A stretch of DNA of 64,000 nucleotides, from NCBI GenBank assembly GCA_950097015.1, contig CATNEN010000007.1:1364001-1428000 (forward strand). The letters are read 5' to 3'. The notes below the pieces were generated by a model. The model did no database searches. It had not been told where the DNA came from and was given only the letters and a program-made list of their open reading frames with translations. Position 1 is the stretch's first letter; every line of letters starts with the position of its first letter. A program made the translations under genes and the position numbers. This document shows positions 25,377-37,012 of this stretch, piece by piece. The stretch is from Macrostomum hystrix (taxonomy: Eukaryota > Animalia > Platyhelminthes).

Positions 25377-26611
25377 ATGTGTTTTTGCAAAACAAAGGAA
25401 AGGCAGGTAAGTTTTCTTATGGTCAGTATTACTTAAAAATATACTACAGGGATATATAGTAAGACTAGAACTCAAGAAATAGTAATGTATGAGTAGGCAG
25501 CATTATTTTTAATACAAAACATTTTAGTCCATTTATGCAGCATAACATTGTTTTTTTCTAAAAGTCTTGAATATTGTTGTATTTTCTAGGCTACATCATA
25601 TGTTATATTCTCTGTGGGGTGCATCTATTAATTTACATAAAAGCTAGAAATAAATAAATATAATAATTAGTCACTATGTTTTGGTAAAATTTAAAAATTC
25701 AAATCTTCCTTTAATTCTAGTGTGGACCGCCGAACTGCGTCGCGAGTATATGAGTCTGCCAATCGAAGAAAAGCGACGTCTTCAAGAAGAAGCTAAAAAT
25801 CAGCAGAAGAAAATAAGAAAAGTGGTAAATGATTTAAAACGTACAGGTGAGACATACGTACTTATTATATTAACCCGACGTGGAACCGATTTTACCACGT
25901 CCAATGACATATCGCCTAATGTTAGAAGCGCTATGGAGCCCCATATAAATAAAATAGCAGAACTAATGGATGACGCGAAAAAAGCAGAACAACAAAATAT
26001 GGCAAATGAGCGCAGTGATGTTCAGCTTGCTGAAACTAGTCAGCCACGAAACCTAGCTTCTGTTTATAGCGATGTGAAAAAAATGCGACAAGAAATTTTT
26101 TTTAAGGGCTAAAATTGCACATAAAACAGCGACAGGTTTCGACGGCAAGATTCCATGGAGCCTTGTCGGAAGAAGTTGCAAATTCATTCCAGAATTGAAG
26201 GACCCCCATCACTTATCCAGAGAAAAATGTGTAGCCATTTTAAAGGAACTCGAAAATACAGAACTGACATTTTGTAATTCAGTTTCCATTGATGTATCAC
26301 CTGATCATGATACACCAATAAGTGCCTCTCATCTGCATCAACAACAGGCTCAAGTGATGGAAGAAGGGCTACAAGTCGATGACTACCATAATATCACCAC
26401 AAGTGACTTGGAGAGTGAAGGAGATACGGCACTGACTTCTGTAACCGCGAAATATCGGCAACACTTTCACGAAAGTGAAAGTTCAACAAATTTTAATCCT
26501 TTCAATACTCCATTTGTAAATGACGCAAATAGACTTGCTCAGTCATCTTTATATGGGGCGAGCTCTGCACCCAACATTACGCTTAGACTAGATACTAGAC
26601 AAACGGAATGA
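25358..26611 (+). pseudogene. HMG-box-like gene, copy 1; exons 25358-25406 and 25721-26611; +1 frameshift in a T run at about 26096-26103
   Basis: Paralogue of 49222-50435; T8 here versus T7 in copy 2 splits the ORF; also has an in-frame 39 bp segment (ISASHLHQQQAQV) missing from copy 2. The frameshift may be a sequencing error. Confidence 0.6.
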
Positions 26612-26784
26612 AATTTTAATATGAAACAATTATTAGAGGCCCACACGACGCCAATAGCTTAATATTAGATAGTATATTTAAGATGCAATATGCTATGGTT
26701 TTCAATGTTTTCAGCCGAAAATAGTCACTGTGCAGAGAGCTGCTATCTTTACAGGGACTAGAGTCTATATTCTGTCAAATATTG

Positions 26785-27008
26785 CTGGGATTGTCAATGT
26801 GCATTTATTGCTTTGACATTTTTCCTCTGCATAAAACTAATGCTGGGATTGTCACTGTGCATTCATTGCTTTGACATTTTTCCTCTGCATAAAACTAATG
26901 CTGGGATTGTCACTGTGCATTCATTGCTTTGACATTTTTCCCTCTGCATAAAACTAATGCTGGGATTGTCAATGTGCATTCATTGCTTTGACATTTTCCC
27001 TCTGCATT
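26785..27008. repeat. 59 bp subterminal repeat array, about 4 units
   Basis: Same monomer as 50605-51185 and (inverted) 37013-37834. Confidence 0.93.
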
Positions 27009-27106
27009 TGTCAGATAAATTTTTCTTTCACGAACGTGACGCGCCTCATCGTGGCGTGAAAGTGAACAGTGCGCGTTTCAATCTTTTGCACTTGCCAAGA
27101 CGTCAC

Positions 27107-27624
27107 ATAGAATTGATAATATGATGCTGCTGACTTATAGAATTGATAATATGATGCTGCTGACTCATAGAATTGATAATATGATGCTGCTGACTTATAG
27201 AATTGATAATATGATGCTGCTGTCACATAGAATTGATAATATCATGCTGCTGACTTATAGAATTGATAATATGATGCTGCTGTCACATAGAATTGATAAT
27301 ATGATGCTGCTGACACATAGAATTGATAATATGATGCTGCTGACTTACAGAATTGATAATATGATGCTGCTGTCACAGAATTAATAATATGATGCTGCTG
27401 ACTTATAGAATTGATAATATGATGATGCTGACACATAGAATTGATAATATGATGCTGCTGTCACATAGAATTGATAATATGATGCTGCTGACACATAGAA
27501 TTGATAATATGATGCTGCTGTCACATAGAATTGATAATATGATGCTGCTGACTTATAGAATTGATAATATGATGTTGCTAACTTATAGAATTGATAATAT
27601 GATGCTGCTGTCACATAGAATTGA
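27107..27624. repeat. 30 bp minisatellite (ATAGAATTGATAATATGATGCTGCTGAC[T/A][T/C]), about 17 units
   Basis: Visible periodicity; 10-aa periodic ORFs; related to the 28 bp array at 55778-58925. Confidence 0.95.
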
Positions 27625-27725
27625 TGAGGTGATGTTGCTGATGGTGTGATCCAGTTGAGCCTCTGCGCCTTAAGTATCGACCGAAGCCGCGCAGTCCGAA
27701 CCACATGTACAAATTGTCGCTAAGT

Positions 27726-28502
27726 TGTCGCTACCTGCTCTCAGATGAGCTAACCTACGCGGATTGCCAACTCATGCCTAAACTGCATCATCTGAAAATG
27801 GCCGCTAAGGTAGAATTCCCTGTTTGTCTGCCAGGGTTCGAATGCTTTTTTAATCTCAGAGTCTATTTAGCTCCAGCGGGCTAAAGATAGATTCTAAAAT
27901 GAATGCGGGTCGGTATTGACTGTGAAATCAGATAGGAAAGAGATGAGACAGGATAAAGATGAGACAGGCGAGAGATGTGACATGGAAGATGTAAGACACG
28001 GCACAGTTTTATACAGAGGAGAGATAAGACGGGAGATAAAACAGGGAAGATATGAGACAGTGAAGACATGAATCAGGGCCAAGATGCATGTGACAGTGTT
28101 CAGATTAGACAGAGGAGAGATGAGACAGGGGTGAGGTGAGATCGGAGAGACGAGACAGGGGTGAGGTGAGATCGGAGAGATGAGACGTCTTGGGTGAGAT
28201 CAGAGAGATGAGACAGGCGTGATTCAATTGTTCGCATCGTCGATACATTTCAGTTCTATCGCGACTTCGATGTGCCATCAGAGCTGCAGCATCTGCAAGC
28301 CTATTATTCGGCCATGTACGAATGCGAGGCCTTCCGTTGTAGCTGTCCGGCCGACCGTGACGTCTATCAGTTGTACCACGACAAGCTGCCTCGCGCATTG
28401 GTTGCTAAGAGACCGCAGCCCAGCCTGATGGACGACTCGCGGCTGTTGCTAGGCGAGAGCGGCACCGGTGGCATTGGCAACAATGGTGCCGGCGTACATT
28501 GA
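27726..28502 (+). pseudogene. 5'-truncated CLIC paralogue (end of exon 2: 27726-27809; last exon 28254-28502), copy 1
   Basis: CRYLLSDELTYADCQLMPKLHHLKMAAK|GT..AG|FYRDFDVPSELQHLQAY..AFRCSCPADRDVYQLY; same intron position as the intact gene but clearly diverged; no CLIC N-terminal exons recognisable upstream. Confidence 0.8.
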
Positions 28503-28800
28503 TGGGCTAACATTTATTTAGGTAGAAAATTAGGCAAGTTTTGTTCGTTTTTCTCTAGCGAAAATGCGACAGCTGCTTTTTAATTTTTTTAGTTTTTTTA
28601 TGGTAAAAATGACTTTAAACGATTAATAATTTTAGTTTTTACTACTACTAATTCGGGTGTATCTCCGTACTCAGTAAGATAAAAACTGCGATTTTTGTCG
28701 CCGCTTGCTTGTCTGTAAACTACAATGCCTATAAGTACTTATACATTCATCCTTTGCGTGTGTTTTTCTGAACTAAAAGCATTCGATTTTTTATAAATAT

Positions 28801-28850
28801 TACGAGGGGTGTCCCAAAAGTTCCCGGAATGTCCAACGTTGCTCTTCAAC
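28801..28850 (+). mobile_element. Solo Tc1/mariner-like terminal inverted repeat
   Basis: TA-CGAGGGGTGTCCCAAAAGT resembles mariner-type ends; no partner end found; duplicated at 60206. Confidence 0.45.
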
Positions 28851-29656
28851 GGAGCCATGAAATTTCACGCCCATGGTGTCAAATGAAAGGAAATTTTGTC
28901 AGAAAGAAAACAAAATTAAAATCATGTTCATATCTTTTTCTATTCAGGAGCTGCAGCAAGAAACGTGCGCGAAGGTCAGGGGTAGTGTTACACAAGCTCA
29001 AAAATCTATGAAAATGATTTTAAACAATAAAACACAGAACAGTTCGTTCACACTTTCCATAGACACTGCCACGTCTTTCTGACACGTCAGTAGCAGTGCC
29101 AGTATCAGTATCAGTATCAGTAGCACTAATTCAAAATGAAAATATCCAAAAATGGAGATGAAAAATGATTGCCATAAATTTTGGAGCTTGTGTTAGTGCT
29201 CCGAAAGTTATTTTACTAAGCTCCACGAATGTAATTAAGTATGAGCATATATGTTTACAATGTCTCGCTAATTAAATTCTATGCCAAATTAAATTCCCGT
29301 TCTTTTTTTTAACGTGCAAAGCTTTCTACAAAAATATAGTTAGCTAGTACAAACCTTTATTAATTAATATAAAATTGTTATTCAGATATAGTGCACTGTT
29401 ATTTTAATACTTTCTTATAGATATTGCAGTAGTAAAATACAAAAAACGTACCGTTCTTGTATTGTGTTAATGTTAGTTAGCTCTACTAATGCTCTGTTTT
29501 GTTATTTACTTATCGCTGCTCATCATATGCTCATTTTATTCCATTCAAATAAAGCAACAATTAGAAAAAAATTGTTGTTTGCTTCAATCATTTTGTGTAG
29601 TAAACAGCTGAGATAAGCTACAAAATTCCTACTCAGTGAGCTTGTAACATTGGTTA

Positions 29657-29860
29657 GGGCCGGGTGAGTGGCAGATCGGTCTAACGCGTTGGCCTCTCGC
29701 ACCGAGGTCCCTGAGCTCGATTCCGCGGCGAGGCCACATTCATTTTGAACGCAGCCGCGGAGAGAAGACTTAGGGGCACAGCGATAGTGTACACTGCCAG
29801 ACGATGAGAAAGTCGGGCCCTATAAGCCCTATCTTATTACTGACGAATTTCCATAATTAT
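29657..29860 (+). mobile_element. tRNA-derived SINE or tRNA pseudogene
   Basis: A-box-like TGGCAGATCGG and degenerate B-box GAGCTCGATTCC at tRNA-like spacing, GGCC..GGCC acceptor-like ends, non-tRNA tail; duplicated at 61061. Confidence 0.55.
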
Positions 29861-30570
29861 TTCGATATCGACTGCCTCTCTAAAAACATATTTGTTGAAA
29901 TTAGTAAAATATTCTACTTTTGTTTTCCAGCCCGCCAGCCAGTTCGGCGATGTGGACCTCGGAGGGAAAGTACGTAGTGTCAACGAGCATCCAGTCTGGT
30001 AGATCAGTCACTGACTGGCTGACTGCTGACTGACTGCTGCTGCAGCATCATAGAAGCAACTATGATGCTTCTCTAGAAATCATCATAGTTGCTTTGTTTC
30101 ACGTGTTAAGACTTGGCAGCCGAATATTCGTCATCGACAATGACATCGAGCCGGTGCGCCAGCGGGAGTGCTTTAGTAAAATTGTTTGAAACCCGTTAAA
30201 CATTATCAATTCTATGAGTAAGCAGCATCACCTTATCAATTCTATTAGTAAGCAGCATCACCTTATCAATTCTATTAGTAAGCAGCCTCGCTTATCCTCT
30301 GTGTTTTTTTAAGCAATATGACTTCTTAATTAATTATTATATAATTAAGCCGGGTTAATCTCAATGTGTTTGATGTGTTTGTCTCCTATTTTCATTATTT
30401 TGCCTTTTCATACTCAGATAGAAATTCATGGCATAGACTCAGATCTCATTGGCCTAGATAGGATAGACTCAGGTGCTATAGAGACTCAGATTCCATAGCC
30501 TGTGCTCACAAAATATATTTTAAAAACATTTTTGTTGAAATTAGTAAAATATTCTACTTTTGTTTTCCAG

Positions 30571-31350
30571 TCAGTCAGGCGACAAAGGAAACTTAGGGTT
30601 CTACCAATCTAGTGAATTTAGGGCCGCATACACAGTGTGCGAGCTCCCGAAGAAGCGGTTGTCCATTCGCCAGCTGATTCAAGCTGAGCTCTATGACGCC
30701 ATCATGGGCTCAAACACCAGCAGCACCAGCTATGAGGTCCTGTCACTCGGCTGCGGCCCAGGCAGCGACCTTCTTGCCGCCATGGACGTGTCCCAGCTGG
30801 TGGCCAAGTCAGAGGGTCTGGGACCACTTCAGATGGGCGTCACCGGTGTCGACATGTTTGATTGGCTGCTCTGGCCATTCCATGAGGCAGCCGCAGCGTT
30901 AGCTCTGCAGGGGCTAATCAGCAGCTTCCCGGAGCAGTTTCACCTGGGCCACAGCCAGGGACAACTAAAACCCAAAGAAAAGTCTATAAGTCATGTCAGG
31001 TGCGCATCCGTTAACTTAATTTAATCTTGGTTTGTAGTTTGTATTTTATATATTATTGAAACGTTCGTTATAAATATGTTTGTTATAAATAAGTATATAA
31101 GGAATTGGCCCACGATGGAATGTCCCTGATTTTACTTCTTTGCTCTATTTATTTATTATTTATTAATTTTAGTTATTTTATAAAAAAACTTGAATATATT
31201 TTTCATAATTTTCAATTTTTTATTACTAACTAGCAGACTACGGAGACTACGTGGGACTACGGATGTTGCTACGACCTTATCCTGCTGAGCTATGCCGAGG
31301 TGCGGCTCTAAGACAAGTTTCGTCACCGACTGGCTGCCGCAGCTGCTAAA
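30571..31350 (+). CDS. Putative class I SAM-dependent methyltransferase-like gene fragment (exon ~30571-30999; second exon from 31237 with in-frame TAA at 31309)
   Basis: Motif I-like VLSLGCGPGSDLLA, acidic post-strand-2-like VTGVDMFDW, and YDLILLSY in the next exon; exon phases do not join cleanly, so possibly non-functional. Confidence 0.55.
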
Positions 31351-32081
31351 AGTGCAATAATTTGTGTTGTCATTTTTGCTATTAACGCTGTTGTTGATTA
31401 TCTGCTGCTGGTGCTAGACGCAGATCTTAGGAAAATTGTTTGAAACCCTTATCAATTTTATGAGTAAGCAGCATCACCTTATCAATTCTATTAGTAAGCA
31501 GCCTCGCTTATCCTCTGTGTTTATTTGTTTATTAGGCTCTAACCTGTTTATTAAGTTCATTGAGTCGTTTATTCCTTCGTGTGAATCATCCCTTGTGTGG
31601 TTTGAGTCTGCGTTATTAGTAAACCAGCTATTACTTGCATGAGCGAAAACCCAGAGTCACTTGAGTTCAAATCTGAGGCGAGCAAAAGACATTACGCTCA
31701 CCAATTTTAATACTTTTGGCCTTTCTATTATCAGCGTTCTTTATTTTATTCGGCATTCTGCCTGAGCTCAGTGGGCAAGCTTCTACCCTCAACTTCATCT
31801 ATCCCGTAACTTTCATCCGCTATGAGCTTCTAACGGAAGCAAGTGTAAAACATAATGACCCCGGTGATAGCCAAATAGGGCCTTAGCTTTAAAATCTCTT
31901 AATTTTTGTTATGCGTTTTAGAAAATTAGCACTTTTATTCATCAAAAGCTAAAAGTTAGTTTTTTGAAGTGCGAATATCGTTATTTTTTTAAGTTTCGGA
32001 TGCTGAATTTTTGACGGCACATCAGGGGCTATCCAATAACGGCATGCGCGATTCCAGATGTGCACCTGTTCTACAAACTTA

Positions 32082-35000
32082 GGGGGTACATTTACGGATT
32101 CATCAGTGGTTACGCTGAGTTGAATATATACGGCTTATAGTTGACTATCTGAACTGTTGAAGTGAGGGTACATTTACGGATTCATCAGTGGTTACACTGA
32201 GTTGAATATATACGGCTTATAGTTGACTATCTGAACTGTTGAAGTGGGGGTACATTTACGGATTCATCAGTGGTTACACTGAGTTGAATATATACGGCTT
32301 ATAGTTGACTATCTGAACTGTTGAAGTGGGGGTACATTTACGGATTCATCAGTGGTTACACTGAGTTGAATATATACGGCTTATAGTTGACTATCTGAAC
32401 TGTTGAAGTGGGGGTACATTTACGGATTCATCAGTGGTTACACTGAGTTGAATATATACGGCTTATAGTTGACTATCTGAACTGTTGAAGTGAGGGTACA
32501 TTTACGGATTCATCAGTGGTTACACTGAGTTGAATATGTACTGCTTATAGTTGACTATCTGAACTGTTGAAGTGAGGGTACATTTACGGATTCATCAGTG
32601 GTTACACTGAGTTGAATATATACGGCTTATAGTTGACTATCTGAACTGTTGAAGTGAGGGTACATTTACGGATTCATCAGTGGTTACACTGAGTTGAATA
32701 TATACTGCTTATAGTTGACTATCTGAACTGTTGAAGTGGGGGTACATTTACGGATTCATCAGTGGTTACACTGAGTTGAATATATACGGCTTATAGTTGA
32801 CTATCTGAACTGTTGAAGTGGGGGTACATTTACGGATTCATCAGTGGTTACACTGAGTTGAATATATACGGCTTATAGTTGACTATCTGAACTGTTGAAG
32901 TGGGGGTACATTTACGGATTCATCAGTGGTTACACTGAGTTGAATATATACGGCTTATAGTTGACTATCTGAACTGTTGAAGTGAGGGTACATTTACGGA
33001 TTCATCAGTGGTTACACTGAGTTGAATATATACGGCTTATAGTTGACTATCTGAACTGTTGAAGTGGGGGTACATTTACGGATTCATCAGTGGTTACACT
33101 GAGTTGAATATATACTGCTTATAGTTGACTATCTGAACTGTTGAAGTGGGGGTACATTTACGGATTCATCAGTGGTTACACTGAGTTGAATATATACTGC
33201 TTATAGTTGACTATCTGAACTGTTGAAGTGGGGGTACATTTACGGATTCATCAGTGGTTACACTGAGTTGAATATATACGGCTTATAGTTGACTATCTGA
33301 ACTGTTGAAGTGGGGGTACATTTACGGATTCATCAGTGGTTACACTGAGTTGAATATATACGGCTTATAGTTGACTATCTGAACTGTTGAAGTGAGGGTA
33401 CATTTACGGATTCATCAGTGGTTACACTGAGTTGAATATACGGCTTATAGTTGACTATCTGAACTGTTGAAGTGGGGGTACATTTACGGATTCATCAGTG
33501 GTTACACTGAGTTGAATATATACTGCTTATAGTTGACTATCTGAACTGTTGAAGTGAGGGTACATTTACGGATTCATCAGTGGTTACACTGAGTTGAATA
33601 TATACGGCTTATAGTTGACTATCTGAACTGTTGAAGTGAGGGTACATTTACGGATTCATCAGTGGTTACACTGAGTTGAATATATACTGCTTATAGTTGA
33701 CTATCTGAACTGTTGAAGTGGGGGTACATTTACGGATTCATCAGTGGTTACACTGAGTTGAATATATACGGCTTATAGTTGACTATCTGAACTGTTGAAG
33801 TGGGGGTATATTTACGGATTCATCAGTGGTTACACTGAGTTGAATATATACGGCTTATAGTTGACTATCTGAACTGTTGAAGTGAGGGTACATTTACGGA
33901 TTCATCAGTGGTTACACTGAGTTGAATATATACGGCTTATAGTTGACTATCTGAACTGTTGAAGTGGGGGTACATTTACGGATTCATCAGTGGTTACACT
34001 GAGTTGAATATATACGGCTTATAGTTGACTATCTGAACTGTTGAAGTGGGGGTACATTTACGGATTCATCAGTGGTTACACTGAGTTGAATATATACGGC
34101 TTATAGTTGACTATCTGAACTGTTGAAGTGAGGGTACATTTACGGATTCATCAGTGGTTACACTGAGTTGAATATATACGGCTTATAGTTGACTATCTGA
34201 ACTGTCGAAGTGGGGGTACATTTACGGATTCATCAGTGGTTACACTGAGTTGAATATATACTGCTTATAGTTGACTATCTGAACTGTTGAAGTGAGGGTA
34301 CATTTACGGATTCATCAGTGGTTACACTGAGTTGAATATATACGGCTTATAGTTGACTATCTGAACTGTTGAAGTGGCCGGGTACATTTACGGATTCATC
34401 AGTGGTTACACTGAGTTGAATATATACGGCTTATAGTTGACTATCTGAACTGTCGAAGTGGGGGTACATTTACGGATTCATCAGTGGTTACACTGAGTTG
34501 AATATATACTGCTTATAGTTGACTATCTGAACTGTTGAAGTGAGGGTACATTTACGGATTCATCAGTGGTTACACTGAGTTGAATATATACGGCTTATAG
34601 TTGACTATCTGAACTGTTGAAGTGGCCGGGTACATTTACGGATTCATCAGTGGTTACACTGAGTTGAATATATACGGCTTATAGTTGACTATCTGAACTG
34701 TTGAAGTGGGGGTACATTTACGGATTCATCAGTGGTTACACTGAGTTGAATATATACGGCTTATAGTTGACTATCTGAACTGTTGAAGTGGGGGTACATT
34801 TACGGATTCATCAGTGGTTACACTGAGTTGAATATATACGGCTTATAGTTGACTATCTGAACTGTTGAAGTGGGGGTACATTTACGGATTCATCAGTGGT
34901 TACACTGAGTTGAATATATACGGCTTATAGTTGACTATCTGAACTGTTGAAGTGGGGGTACATTTACGGATTCATCAGTGGTTACACTGAGTTGAATATA

Positions 35001-35500
35001 TACGGCTTATAGTTGACTATCTGAACTGTTGAAGTGAGGGTACATTTACGGATTCATCAGTGGTTACACTGAGTTGAATATATACGGCTTATAGTTGACT
35101 ATCTGAACTGTCGAAGTGGGGGTACATTTACGGATTCATCAGTGGTTACACTGAGTTGAATATATACTGCTTATAGTTGACTATCTGAACTGTTGAAGTG
35201 AGGGTACATTTACGGATTCATCAGTGGTTACACTGAGTTGAATATATACTGCTTATAGTTGACTATCTGAACTGTTGAAGTGGGGGTACATTTACGGATT
35301 CATCAGTGGTTACACTGAGTTGAATATATACGGCTTATAGTTGACTATCTGAACTGTTGAAGTGGGGGTACATTTACGGATTCATCAGTGGTTACACTGA
35401 GTTGAATATATACGGCTTATAGTTGACTATCTGAACTGTTGAAGTGAGGGTACATTTACGGATTCATCAGTGGTTACACTGAGTTGAATACATACTGCTT
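32082..35500. repeat. 82 bp satellite, about 42 highly homogeneous units
   Basis: Unit GGGTACATTTACGGATTCATCAGTGGTTACACTGAGTTGAATATATACGGCTTATAGTTGACTATCTGAACTGTTGAAGTGG; period 82 measured between 32084 and 32166. Confidence 0.98.
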
Positions 35501-37012
35501 AAATTCGACTATCATGACAATTAATTTACACTTGCACTTCAGGAAACAGAGTTCTGGGGCTTTTGGCGTTAAATTCGTATCAGATTAAGATGAGAAATCC
35601 ACTTCTATACTGACATCCAATTAATCTAATTTTTGCTGAGATTGAGGTACATGTAGAGCTACTTGTTACGATTGTACTCGATACGTACAGTACATTACCA
35701 GCAATCGACCTCAATGCCGTTACTGTTAAAATCTTAAACACGAAACACTTTCTTGTTTTTTCAAAAGTACAGTCGGCTGAACTTGGGTACTTAAGGCATC
35801 GGTTTGCTTGCTGTACATATCGAAAATTGATTAATTTTTTATTAAGTAACAAATTGTACACAAAATTATTTTAATGCTGGAATGGCGATATGTTAAGCAT
35901 ATAATTTCCAAAGAATAACACGTCGTTATATACTATCAACCACTTTCATAGTAGGCTTCTCACAGTAGGTGTAACAAAATATGCGCCATTTAAGACTGGC
36001 TTTATACGGGATGGTATCGGGCGCATTTCGTAAGCTACTTATTTATTAGCAAGCAGTAAGACGAAGTACAATTTGTATATTTACTAGCTACTCGTAAATA
36101 AGAAAAATGTGCATATTGCAATAACTGCTCAACAGGGGGTAAGTACAGAGTACACGGACTTGAGAATGCGCAAAATAATATCAAATTAAGGTGAGAAGCA
36201 TGTATCTTTGCAGTTAGCAACCAGTACTCAGTATTCCAGCGCTGCATTGGTGGGATGGCAGGCCCGCTAGTCGGCTAGATGGGTAGATGCAGACAGTGCA
36301 TAATATGCAATTATCTTCCGTCGTACATTGAGAAACCGCGCATCGCGAAGGTGGCCGACACTGACGGCCGGCTACGGTTTCTGCTCGTGACAGACAGGCT
36401 TCGCCACTGTTTTTGAAAGGCTGCCTCCGAATAATCTAAACTGTCGAGTCCAGTTCGCATTTCCTGGCAGGGTGGGAATTGAACTTGAATATAAAATTCA
36501 ATAAATAAGTCACAAATTTAAGTAATTAAAAGCATCTTTTACCTGTATTTAAGCCTAAAAGTGCCACTACATCTTTTGGTGCCGAGTGCGATTGTTCTCC
36601 AGTCCAGCAGTTGTGCACCACGGAACATAGGGAAAAAATGAATGAAAGCAGGAAATTATATTGAGAACACGCAGATTGAGAGCTGAATCGCAAATGATAC
36701 TAAATCTTAAACTAAAAGTAGCGTTCATTGCTTTGATTTCTTGATTGACGTACCGGAAACAAGACAAAATAGGTCAACTTTGTGAGAGGGAGTCTACTAT
36801 AACAGCAAATTTCTGGGTATAAAGAATGTGAATAGATAGAATAAAATATATGAAGTGATTGGTTCGTGGATATTCAGTACAGAAGGTTGTAAAACACCTA
36901 GACTAACTAGTAGTGACGTCTTGGCCAGTGCAAAAGATTGAAACGCGCACTGTTCACTTTCACGCCACGATGAGGCGCGTCACGTTCGTGAAAGAAAAAT
37001 TTATCTGACAAA

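Larger units (their letters stand above)
21753..27106 (+). mobile_element. Right-truncated copy of the HMG-like module (putative KDZ-associated non-autonomous element), with intact GGCGCCA left terminus
   Basis: Starts GGCGCCAGCTCGCGGCCGCCGGCTAGCCG; GGCGCCA is the reverse complement of the TGGCGCC end at 52208-52214; homologous to 46331-51283. Confidence 0.6.
21758..32055 (+). repeat. Segmental duplication copy 1 (direct repeat of 46331-63530 with internal indels)
   Basis: Collinear near-identity 21758-27106 with 46331-51283 and 27625-32055 with 58943-63530; paired near-identical ORFs in the track (23749/48319, 25681+26195/49584, 28272/59678, 28873/60278, 30693/62039). Confidence 0.97.

Noticed and set aside
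29657-29735. Functional tRNA gene
   Set aside because: B box degenerate (GAGCTCGATTCC), anticodon arm not cleanly formed, long conserved non-tRNA tail; better read as SINE or pseudogene.
32082-35500. CRISPR-like regular array (also considered for the 59 bp and 28 bp arrays)
   Set aside because: Units are contiguous and near-identical with no unique spacers, no cas genes, eukaryotic context.
36230-36480. GC-rich coding-like patch within the shared right end
   Set aside because: Frames are short and stop-interrupted in both copies; no recognisable product.
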